DNA of 52,080 nucleotides from Limisphaerales bacterium (GTDB lineage: Bacteria > Verrucomicrobiota > Verrucomicrobiia > Limisphaerales > UBA1100), in NCBI GenBank assembly GCA_965659445.1, contig CBFHWX010000004.1:1-52080 (forward strand), in the 5' to 3' direction. Of the stretch, positions 30,418-39,045 are shown one piece after another. The notes beneath the pieces are model-generated. The model saw nothing but the letters and a program-made list of their open reading frames with translations, had not been told where the DNA came from and did no database searches. A program made the translations under genes and the position numbers. How positions within the stretch are numbered: position 1 is the first letter of the stretch; every line of letters begins with the position of its first letter.

Positions 30418-32334
30418 ATGAATTTAATTGATTACCTCGTTCTGGCTGTCTACTTCTCGGGCATGGCAGGCATCGGCTTCTGGGCCATGCGTCAGGTCAA
30501 GGGGCAGGAGGATTTTTTCATGGGCGGCCGCAAGTTCGGAAAGCTCTTTCAGACCTTTGCTGCCTTCGGCGCAGGTACCGGTTCAGCTGATCCGGTGAAC
30601 ACCGCTCGTGGCACCTTTGCCAACGGTATGAGTGGCATGTGGGGTGTCATGTACTGGCTCTTTGTCACGCCCATTTATTGGATCAGCGCCGTATGGTATC
30701 GCCGTATGCGCTGCCTCACATTGGGTGATTGGTTTGTGGAACGCTATGAATCCAAGTCCATTGGGGTGGCGTACGCCATTTTCGGTTGTTTCTATTACAT
30801 GGTGTACGGTGCGATGTTGTTTACCGCCATCGGTAAGGTGGCCGTGCCACTCATGGGCGAGGAATTGCTCGGGATGAAAACCGAATATGTACTGGTGCCG
30901 CTGGTGGCGATCATTGTCACTTTTTACGGTGTGCTCGGCGGTATCACGGCGGCTTACTGGACCGATCTCATTCAGGGTATCTGTATCATTCTACTTTCAA
31001 TTTTGCTTATTCCGTTTGGCCTGAATGCAGTGGTGAAAAAATTCGGTAGCACCGGTGATACTTGGACAGATGGATTCCGCGTGATGCATGAGCAATTACC
31101 AGAATCCACTTTTACGATCGTGGGAGGGGAAGCTGCCAGTGAATTCCCGCTATACGCCATTGTGGTCATTGTGATCATGAATATCATTGGTATTGTGCTG
31201 ACTCCGCACTTCATTGTTACCGGCGGCGGTTCGGCCAAGAGTGAGCACGATGCCCGCGTGGGCCTCGTGACAGGCAATTTTATTAAGCGCTTTTGTACGA
31301 TCGGCTGGGTGATTACCGCACTGATTGTGCTCACACTTTATGGCAGCGATGCAGCACTCATCAAGGATGCTGATATGGCATGGGGTGTGGCCACAAAGGA
31401 GTTGCTCGGCCCGCTGGGCATCGGGCTGGTGGGCTTGATGCTAGCCTGCCTATTGGCGGCGTTAATGAGCAGTGTGGATTGCTACATGCTCGTTTGTTCT
31501 GCACTCGTAGTGCGAAATATTTATGTACCATATCTGAACCCTGGGGCAGGCGAACAGGAATGCCTGCGGCTGGGTCGCATTGTTGGAGGGATCGTTGTGC
31601 TTGGTGCAGTTGTTATCTCCGTCACTATGCTGGATATGTTCAAACAACTTGAGCTTACGTGGATTGTGCCTATGACTTTTGCCGCGTTGTTTTGGCTAGG
31701 CATGTTTTGGCGACGCGCTACCACCAGGGCAGGTTGGATTACTATCGTCTTTTGCCTGCTCACATTTTTTGTTTTGCCACGCACGATTCCTGCTGTAGCA
31801 CCCGGATTGCGAACTAATCCGGCTTACACTCAGGTGAATCAGCCTACTGATTCCAACGCTGCCGGGGGCAAATCCATCTACTGGACAGGCGGTATCACGG
31901 ATGTGAAGGGAGTCACTCGTGGTGAAGGATCTTTCCGCTTCGACATGATAATTTATGACAAGATGCTTGGCTTTGATTTGACACAGGTCCGCAATGCCAC
32001 ACTGAAAACATTGGAGTTTCCATTCAAGATCATCGCACCATTTTTAGTAATGATCATCGCGAGTTTACTGACGAAACCCAATAGTAAGAAAGCGCTTGAT
32101 CGGTTATACGTGAAGATGAAAACGCCAGTGAATCCAGACCCTGAACAGGATTCAAGGGAGATTGATGTGAGTTATGCCAAGCCGAATCGATTTGATGATC
32201 GAAAACTATTTCCTGGGACGCAGTTGGAATTCCAGCGGCCGACCGCGATGGATTTTTGGGGTTTCCTCGCTTGTTTCGCCATTTGTTTTGGAATTATCGG
32301 GTTGGTTCTGTGGGTGGCACAGATCGGTGCTTGA
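30418..32334 (+). CDS. Sodium:solute symporter (SSS family)
   Basis: DFFMGGRKFG, TD.IQG, LLAALMSSVD motifs; many hydrophobic segments. Confidence 0.9.
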   Translation: MNLIDYLVLAVYFSGMAGIGFWAMRQVKGQEDFFMGGRKFGKLFQTFAAFGAGTGSADPVNTARGTFANGMSGMWGVMYWLFVTPIYWISAVWYRRMRCLTLGDWFVERYESKSIGVAYAIFGCFYYMVYGAMLFTAIGKVAVPLMGEELLGMKTEYVLVPLVAIIVTFYGVLGGITAAYWTDLIQGICIILLSILLIPFGLNAVVKKFGSTGDTWTDGFRVMHEQLPESTFTIVGGEAASEFPLYAIVVIVIMNIIGIVLTPHFIVTGGGSAKSEHDARVGLVTGNFIKRFCTIGWVITALIVLTLYGSDAALIKDADMAWGVATKELLGPLGIGLVGLMLACLLAALMSSVDCYMLVCSALVVRNIYVPYLNPGAGEQECLRLGRIVGGIVVLGAVVISVTMLDMFKQLELTWIVPMTFAALFWLGMFWRRATTRAGWITIVFCLLTFFVLPRTIPAVAPGLRTNPAYTQVNQPTDSNAAGGKSIYWTGGITDVKGVTRGEGSFRFDMIIYDKMLGFDLTQVRNATLKTLEFPFKIIAPFLVMIIASLLTKPNSKKALDRLYVKMKTPVNPDPEQDSREIDVSYAKPNRFDDRKLFPGTQLEFQRPTAMDFWGFLACFAICFGIIGLVLWVAQIGA

Positions 32335-32345
32335 TCGTATGCGGA

Positions 32346-34412
32346 TCAGTCTTCGTCGCCGTTGCGCTGGCAATCGGCGATGACTTTTTGCTCAATATCG
32401 CGCGGCATATTTTCATAGTGATCCAAAGCCTCGGTATGAAGGCCGCGGCCTTCGGTAAGGGAGCGGAGATGGGTGGAATACTTGTACAGTTCCATTTGTG
32501 GCACATGAACTTTTACCACTTGGAATGCGCCGTCGGCATCCATGCCTTGAATTTTGCCACGCCGGCCGTTGAGGTCGCCCATAACCGCGCCCATAAACTC
32601 TTCAGGCACCTTCACCTCCACGTGCATGATAGGCTCCAGCAGGCAGGGCTTGGCTGCTTGAAATGCCTGGCGAAAGGCCTGTTTGCCGGCAATCTGAAAG
32701 GCGACATCCTTTGAGTCTACCGGGTGTTCCTTGCCATCGTAAAAATCGACCTGTACATCTACTACACGGCAACCGGCGAGGACACCTTCTTCGCAGGCTT
32801 GGTCCACACCCTTCTTCACAGAAGGCACGAAACTGCGGCTTACGTTTTGGCCTACAAGTGAGTCGATAAACTCCACGCCCGAGTCACGTTCCCGGGGGCC
32901 AACCCGCATCCACACCTCAGCGAATTGGCCAGCTCCGCCGGATTGTTTCTTGTGGCGGTACTTGCTCTCAGCGCTCGACTGGATAGCCTCGCGAAAGGGT
33001 ATGCGCGGCTCATACAACTCAATCTCGACGTGGAAGCGATCCTTCAGCCGATCGCATATCACCCGGAGATGCAGTTCACCTTGGCCGGACATTACCGTTT
33101 GATGTAGTTCGCCGTCCACCTTGTAAATGAACGTGGGATCCTCCTCGTGCAGCGAGGACAGGCCGGTGGCGATCTTGTCTTCATCACCCTTGCCCTTGGA
33201 GCGCAGCGCAGCGTGGATGTTGGGGGCAGGGAAATCAATGGGTGATAGCATGGCCTCCACCTTGCCGCCGGCAAGGGTATCGGAAGTATGCGCATGCTTG
33301 AGCTTGACCAGCGCACCTAGGTCACCGGCGGCCAGGCTGTCTACGGAAGTACGGTCCTTGCCGTTTAGCACGTGAATTTGATTGATACGTTCGGTAGATT
33401 TGTGTGTGGTGTTACGCAGATCAGCACCGGTTTTCAGTGCGCCGGAATGGAGTTTAAAAAACGATTGCGATCCCACGTGTCCCTCGTTCATCGTCTTGTA
33501 AATAAACAGTACCGGATTGGGGTCACTGAGGTTGATCTCCGTCTCGGATTCATCGGGCAGGAGGGCCTTGGTCGTGGGGTGGTCGGCCGGTGAGGAGCCG
33601 TAACTGGCAATGAAATCCATGAGGCAAGTGACGCCTACGTTGGTGGTGGCCGAGGTGGCGAACACAGGGATGAGGCCTTCGGATTGCAGTGCCTTGTGTA
33701 ATCCGCTACGCAGTTCCTCCTCAGAGAGGCTGCCTTCCTCAAAGAATTTTTCCAGCAACGCATCATCCGACTCGGCAATCATCTCAATGAGTTGCGTGTG
33801 CAGATCTTCCGCGTCTTCAGAAACCGCTTCGGTACTCTTGCCGCTGCCGTCGGTTTCGAATGTGATGAGTTTCTTGTTCAGCACATCAATGACCTGATTA
33901 AAGCCGGGACCAACATTTACTGGTATGGTGAGTGGCATCACCTTGTTCCCAAAATTCTCCCGCAGACTGGCCAGTGCGGTATCAAAGCTCACATGCTCCT
34001 TGTCGAGACAGTTTACTGCCACCAGATGTGGCACGCCGAGTTCGCGTGACCATTCCCATACCTTGGTGGTTCCCACTTCCACGCCATTGGCGGCATTCAC
34101 GGTCACCAGTGCCGCATCGCACACACGCAGGGCACCCAGTGCCTCGGACAGGAAATCGAGATAGCCCGGTGTGTCTATGAAATTCAGCTTCTTGTCAGCA
34201 TGCTCCACACAAAGCGGGGTGGCGTTGATGGATATCTGCCGTTCCTTTTCGGCGTCGTGATAGTCACTCATCGTCGAGCCGGCCTCGATACTGCCCAGCC
34301 GGTTGATGGCGCCTGTCGCCACTTCCATACATTCGGCCAACATTGTCTTGCCTGAAGAGGCATGGCCCACGATCGCAAAATTACGGATATCTTCTGAGGG
34401 ATAAGTCTTCAT
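32346..34412 (-). CDS. Elongation factor G paralogue (EF-G2 / EF-G II type)
   Basis: IRNFAIVGHASSGKT, DTPGYLDF, EEDPTF, GQGELHL, KKQSGGAGQF, LLEPIM; full EF-G length. Confidence 0.93.
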   Translation of the reverse strand: MKTYPSEDIRNFAIVGHASSGKTMLAECMEVATGAINRLGSIEAGSTMSDYHDAEKERQISINATPLCVEHADKKLNFIDTPGYLDFLSEALGALRVCDAALVTVNAANGVEVGTTKVWEWSRELGVPHLVAVNCLDKEHVSFDTALASLRENFGNKVMPLTIPVNVGPGFNQVIDVLNKKLITFETDGSGKSTEAVSEDAEDLHTQLIEMIAESDDALLEKFFEEGSLSEEELRSGLHKALQSEGLIPVFATSATTNVGVTCLMDFIASYGSSPADHPTTKALLPDESETEINLSDPNPVLFIYKTMNEGHVGSQSFFKLHSGALKTGADLRNTTHKSTERINQIHVLNGKDRTSVDSLAAGDLGALVKLKHAHTSDTLAGGKVEAMLSPIDFPAPNIHAALRSKGKGDEDKIATGLSSLHEEDPTFIYKVDGELHQTVMSGQGELHLRVICDRLKDRFHVEIELYEPRIPFREAIQSSAESKYRHKKQSGGAGQFAEVWMRVGPRERDSGVEFIDSLVGQNVSRSFVPSVKKGVDQACEEGVLAGCRVVDVQVDFYDGKEHPVDSKDVAFQIAGKQAFRQAFQAAKPCLLEPIMHVEVKVPEEFMGAVMGDLNGRRGKIQGMDADGAFQVVKVHVPQMELYKYSTHLRSLTEGRGLHTEALDHYENMPRDIEQKVIADCQRNGDED

Positions 34413-34522
34413 GGTATCAATTTAATCAGTGATGAGGGTAAGGAGGGAGATACAGGGCAGGAAGGGAAACGTGACGGGGGCGGCTGAGGGATTTCCCTCG
34501 CCCCCGTGGCACAAGCCAACAT
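34409..34522 (-). CDS. Candidate 37-aa Pro-rich leader peptide upstream of EF-G2
   Basis: Manual translation MLACATGAREIPQPPPSRFPSCPVSPSLPSSLIKLIP*; its TGA overlaps the EF-G2 ATG (ATGA); no homology evidence. Confidence 0.35.
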   Translation of the reverse strand: MLACATGAREIPQPPPSRFPSCPVSPSLPSSLIKLIP

Positions 34523-34557
34523 AGTCCTGTACGGATACAATCCACGGTGAATGTCCG

Positions 34558-34586
34558 ATTGTTTCCGCGAGGCGCGGAATGGACAA
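34558..34586 (-). promoter_or_regulatory. Possible promoter for EF-G2 leader
   Basis: Minus strand TTGTCC-17 bp-AACAAT; imperfect -10. Confidence 0.3.
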
Positions 34587-34604
34587 GGAAAATATGCCTC
34601 CGTC

Positions 34605-36257
34605 TCAGCGCTCCAGCTTATCTTCGATCCGGTCGAGCTTCTGGTTCAGCTTGCGATAGCAGTGGCCGCCCAGTGCTAGCAGGATAAAAATGCCTACTGC
34701 GCCCACTCCTACCCATTTCACCTTGCTCCAGATGGACCACGCTGCGCCGATGGAGGCGGCCAGCAGTGCCAAGCCCATGGCGAGATTCAGTGCCACTCGC
34801 TTGCCGCCCTTGGGCAGTGCGTCGCCCATCAGTTCCTTGCTGTTGATCATGCAAAAGAATGTGAAATAGGCAATGGGCAGCAGCACCATTCCAAACACAC
34901 TTGTAGGTACGGCCAACCAAAATTTGGCGTCAGCGTTGCTCCAAAGGAACAGAAATCCGAGTGCGCCAGTGATGCCCGGTAATATGGCACCGGTGCGGTG
35001 AATCACTCCGCCCATTTTGGCGCCAATAGCTTCAGTTAGGCAGAATCCATTAATGAGCATGAGAATAATGATGGTGGAAATTGCCATGCCAACTACTCCG
35101 ATACCGAAGATGGTTTGGGAAACCGCTTTGTTACCTGTGAGTTTTTCCAGTGAACCGGCGAGTTGAAATGCGTCACGGCTGACGAGCATGGCGGCGAGCT
35201 GCTTGTCCGTTTCATTAGGTTCCTTGGAGCCCTTGAGATGGGCTTGGAATGCGCTGAGATTTTTGTTGTAGCCGCCTTGAAGTTTTTCCGTAAGGGGTGT
35301 GGCTTTGTCGGAATCCAGCAGCCCTTCGTCGAACTTACCATGAAACTGACTGGCGGAGGCAATCACCACGCAGGTGGTGGCAAGGAAGAATGGCACGAAC
35401 AGGCCGATGCCCAAATCAAAGCTGGCAAGCCCACGATGCTCTTTTCCCCAGCCCTTACGTAACATGGAGTAGGGGAGAAGGAAGGTCATGTTGATGCCTA
35501 CGGCGGTTGCAGCTGCGGTTACCATGCGGTCTCGTTGCGAGCCGAGGATGGTGTTCTTCCAGTATTCAGTATCACTGGAACTGGCAATGATTTCCTTGAA
35601 CTTATCAGCTGGTTCGGTCAGTAGGCTGAAATTCGGGATAAAACCCTTGAAGATTGCGCTCCAATCAAGGTTGCCTGCCATCACGGCGACTACGCCGAAA
35701 AAGCTGAGTACAATGATGCCAACCAAAACCTTGAGGATGATTTCAAAATACTTTGCTCCTTTACTGTCGTACATCCACACCACAGCCGTGGCGATGACGA
35801 AAAGAGCGGTTGCGCAAAGATAATTGCCGTTTTCGCCAGTAAACACACCAAGGTTTTGCTGGAGCGCAGCGGTGCCAAGGGAAAATTGTGGCATGGCCCA
35901 CACGAGATTGGCGAGCATAGCTGCGATGAGCCAGCCCCAGCCGAGTACAGGGTTGATGTGTTTGTTGATGGCTTGAAAGGGGCTTTTCCCGGTGGATAAC
36001 GTGACGTATCCAATCACCGAGAGCATGAGCACTCCGAGCACCATCATCAACGGCTGTAACCAGAGCAGTTGCGTGCCGCCGATTACTCCAAGGTATAGGC
36101 TCCCCGCCAATGAACCGCCACCTAGCGTAATAGCGCCTTGCAACCAGCCCGGGCCAGAGAGCTTGGCGTAAGTTGATATTTTTTTGGAGGCAGGTGCGTT
36201 CTCAACGCTTTTGAGTAATTCCTTCTCCTCGGCTAGGGAATCGTTCGTCTCGCTCAT
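34605..36257 (-). CDS. NRAMP-like (APC superfamily) divalent-cation/solute transporter
   Basis: SGPGWLQGAITLGGGS in TM1 in place of the NRAMP DPGN motif; about 11-12 hydrophobic segments. Confidence 0.65.
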   Translation of the reverse strand: MSETNDSLAEEKELLKSVENAPASKKISTYAKLSGPGWLQGAITLGGGSLAGSLYLGVIGGTQLLWLQPLMMVLGVLMLSVIGYVTLSTGKSPFQAINKHINPVLGWGWLIAAMLANLVWAMPQFSLGTAALQQNLGVFTGENGNYLCATALFVIATAVVWMYDSKGAKYFEIILKVLVGIIVLSFFGVVAVMAGNLDWSAIFKGFIPNFSLLTEPADKFKEIIASSSDTEYWKNTILGSQRDRMVTAAATAVGINMTFLLPYSMLRKGWGKEHRGLASFDLGIGLFVPFFLATTCVVIASASQFHGKFDEGLLDSDKATPLTEKLQGGYNKNLSAFQAHLKGSKEPNETDKQLAAMLVSRDAFQLAGSLEKLTGNKAVSQTIFGIGVVGMAISTIIILMLINGFCLTEAIGAKMGGVIHRTGAILPGITGALGFLFLWSNADAKFWLAVPTSVFGMVLLPIAYFTFFCMINSKELMGDALPKGGKRVALNLAMGLALLAASIGAAWSIWSKVKWVGVGAVGIFILLALGGHCYRKLNQKLDRIEDKLER

Positions 36258-36317
36258 AAAACAGACCAGAGTGAACGGTGTTTTGACCCGAATTGAAAGC
36301 TCGAACTGACAGGAAGA

Positions 36318-37880
36318 CTAGCGTTCTTTAGCAAAATCGAAACAAACGAGATGAGTTTCACTGCGCAGATAGACGCGCTTGTCGGCCATGGCGGGTGCGG
36401 CCCAACAGGGGTGTCGGAACTGGGGCACCTGGTGGTGAGCAAGTTCCTGGGGCTTTTTTGAATTCAGTTTAAAGAGGCCGAGCTTGCCACTCTCGCCCAG
36501 CACGATGAGTTTGCCATCAGCCCGAATGAATGAGCCGCGACCGTACTTACTGGAAGGTGGTCCGAACTTTTGCCATGATTCATCCTGATCCCACAATAAT
36601 TTGCCAGTGGCGAATTCTACGCAGCGGAAGCGGGCGTCGGGCTCATTGCGGCCACTGAAAGCATAAAGATTCCCGTCGTTGATGATCGGGGTCATCCAAT
36701 GTATGCCTAGCACCTCATCAAGGCGTGGGTTGTCTTTTGTGATGCGACGCTGGTGGTCGCTCCACACTTCTGTGTAGCCGCTGAGGTCGGGCTTGATCTT
36801 CAACACAAATGAGCCCACGCCATAATAAGCGGCTGAGCAGAAAACCATGTCGCCAATTACCACAGGGTTGGAGGCGTTGACCGAATCTGGCTGGCTCGCT
36901 CGGAACCAACGTTTAAAATGCACCTTGCCGGTCTTGGGGTCGAGCATCACAAGACCCTGTCGCATGAGGCAAAACGCTACACGCTTACCGTGCACGGTGG
37001 TGATGACAGGGGTAGCATAACTGGCGATTTTTTCGACTCCAAGCCAATCCATTAACGGCTCGCCTGGCCAGCCCAGCTTAGGCGTTTTGTCCCACGTCTT
37101 CTTACCGACACTTTCCCAGACCGTCTTGCCGGTCTTCGCATCGAAGGCCACCATGCCGCTATTGGGTTGGGCGCCAACCATGGTGATGAGCAGTCCGTTT
37201 TCCAGCACAGGAGTGCTGCCGACGCCGAAAAAGTTGGTGATGACCTTGAAATCCTTGTGTGTGTTACGTCTCCAAATTGGTTTGCCGGTTTTCAGATCCA
37301 AACAAAGCAGTACACCTTCTGCGCCGAAGGTGTAGCAGTGATCCTTGGTAAGTAATGGGGCGCAGCGCGGCCCGTTGTTGTAGCCATAAGGATCCTCGTA
37401 GGAAGTGGGGTAGGCGTGACGCCAGAGGAGTTTGCCAGTCTTGGCATCGAGGCAATCAATTATCTCCACATCGAGATGCTTGGCGATGGCCTCGGGCAAT
37501 TCGATGTAGCCGCGCCGGCGCGTGGCTTGCAGCGCTGCCTTGAGGCTGGCCTCGGTAAGTCGTTCTTCTGCCTTCAGGGCGGTCAGTTCGCCATTCACAT
37601 ATTTGATAATCCCCCCCAGCGTGTCGTTTTCCTCAATTCCGTACAGCTTGCTGGCCCGATGAAAGACAACAATCTTGCCGTCTCGAATGGACGGTGCCGT
37701 ATAGCCAGTGCCGATGCGTCGGCTAAAAACCTGCTTAGGGCCTCCCTTGGGGAACGCATCTATGAGGCCTATTTCCTTAGAGACATTGTCTCCGGTTGGA
37801 CCGAGAAGTTTAGGCCAATCATCTGCCTGTACCGTGATTAGCAGGAGCAGGAATAAGAAGAAAACTACGGACTTTTTCAT
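36318..37880 (-). CDS. Secreted PQQ-binding-like (BamB-like) beta-propeller protein
   Basis: Signal peptide, DWP.LLGP N-terminus, repeated LD.KTGK..W blades, C-terminal WAAPA...VYLR. Confidence 0.88.
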   Translation of the reverse strand: MKKSVVFFLFLLLLITVQADDWPKLLGPTGDNVSKEIGLIDAFPKGGPKQVFSRRIGTGYTAPSIRDGKIVVFHRASKLYGIEENDTLGGIIKYVNGELTALKAEERLTEASLKAALQATRRRGYIELPEAIAKHLDVEIIDCLDAKTGKLLWRHAYPTSYEDPYGYNNGPRCAPLLTKDHCYTFGAEGVLLCLDLKTGKPIWRRNTHKDFKVITNFFGVGSTPVLENGLLITMVGAQPNSGMVAFDAKTGKTVWESVGKKTWDKTPKLGWPGEPLMDWLGVEKIASYATPVITTVHGKRVAFCLMRQGLVMLDPKTGKVHFKRWFRASQPDSVNASNPVVIGDMVFCSAAYYGVGSFVLKIKPDLSGYTEVWSDHQRRITKDNPRLDEVLGIHWMTPIINDGNLYAFSGRNEPDARFRCVEFATGKLLWDQDESWQKFGPPSSKYGRGSFIRADGKLIVLGESGKLGLFKLNSKKPQELAHHQVPQFRHPCWAAPAMADKRVYLRSETHLVCFDFAKER

Positions 37881-37883
37881 GAA

Positions 37884-38957
37884 TCAAAACCCGGCACCCT
37901 TTGTGAGAGTACGGATACGACAGAGAAACATATCCGCGGTGAGATAAAGTGTCTGGCCATTGTCCCCCCAGCCAACATTCGCGATACGCGTGCCGGTGGA
38001 GATGGTACCAAGATGTTTGCCTTGCGGTGTGATTACGAGCACTCCGCCCGGCCCGGTGGCAAAGAGGTTGCCTTTTTGGTCCAGCTTCAGCCCATCACAT
38101 CCGCCACGTTTGCCAGCTCGCTGCAGGGGCTTGGGATCAAAGAACACTCGTCCCTGATCTAGGGTGCCGTCGGCCTGCAGATTGAAGGCGTGAATCCGTG
38201 TATTTGGCCCACTCTCAGCCACGTAGAGAATTTTTTCATCCGGCGACAATGCGATGCCATTAGGGTAGGCGATCTTGTCTGTGAGCAGCTTCACTCCGCC
38301 GGCCTTAGTCAGAAGATACACACCCTGGAAATTTAGTTCTTTTTTTGGGTCATTTAGTTTGCCTTCCAGCCCGTAGGGGGGATCAGTGAAATACAAATCT
38401 CCATTCTTGTTGTAGCAAGCGTCGTTCGGACTGTTAAATTTTTTGCCATTAAAATTGTCGGCCAATGTCTCAAAAATCGGTTTTGGATTTCGGATGGAAA
38501 TACCGAGCCGTGCAATGCGGCGGTCTCCGTGTTGACAGAGAACGAGGCGACCGAAACGATCCATCAGGAGGCCGTTGGAACCGGGCTCGCCGGTGCGCGG
38601 TGTGGTGCCAGTATAGCCGCTGGGATGCAGAAATTCCTGGAGACCTTCGGCCTCACTCCATTTGTAAATCTTGTTGGGTGGGATATCAGAAAAGAGAACA
38701 AACCGACCGTACTTCACCCACACCGGTCCTTCCGCCCAGTCGAAGCCATCGGCGAGCTGTTCGATTTTTGCACCAGGCGCGATGAAGTGATTGAGTGCCG
38801 GATCGAGTCGCTCGATTTCACCGAGGGTGGGATACTCTTTGCCGTTTAGGGTGGTAGGCGTGCTGCGGGTTCCACCTTCGTCGCCATGGTTTGGAGTTTC
38901 ACAGGCAACAAACATGAAAGGGGCAAGAGTGGAGATAATAAGAAAATGCAGTTTCAT
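37884..38957 (-). CDS. SMP-30/gluconolactonase family lipoprotein
   Basis: WAEGPVW, LFSDIP, GSNGL, FNSPND, FTDPPYG, PNGIALSPD, DGLKLD; lipobox-like FVAC; start set at MKLHF. Confidence 0.92.
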   Translation of the reverse strand: MKLHFLIISTLAPFMFVACETPNHGDEGGTRSTPTTLNGKEYPTLGEIERLDPALNHFIAPGAKIEQLADGFDWAEGPVWVKYGRFVLFSDIPPNKIYKWSEAEGLQEFLHPSGYTGTTPRTGEPGSNGLLMDRFGRLVLCQHGDRRIARLGISIRNPKPIFETLADNFNGKKFNSPNDACYNKNGDLYFTDPPYGLEGKLNDPKKELNFQGVYLLTKAGGVKLLTDKIAYPNGIALSPDEKILYVAESGPNTRIHAFNLQADGTLDQGRVFFDPKPLQRAGKRGGCDGLKLDQKGNLFATGPGGVLVITPQGKHLGTISTGTRIANVGWGDNGQTLYLTADMFLCRIRTLTKGAGF

Positions 38958-39045
38958 TGACGGATTGCGAAACGATACCGCGACCTTGTCGGGGTGCAAG
39001 GCTAAGATGTTTGACGGATTACCTTCGGGAAGTCAATTTGAAGTG

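Noticed and set aside
34439-34446. Perfect TAAGGAGG on the plus strand (anti-SD-like CCTCCTTA in the EF-G2 leader)
   Set aside because: No start codon at suitable spacing on the plus strand; likely part of the C/U-rich tract, with no independent support
38791-39045. Apparent overlap of the TPR ORF with the gluconolactonase gene
   Set aside because: Signal peptides place the true starts at about 38957 (minus) and about 39046 (plus)
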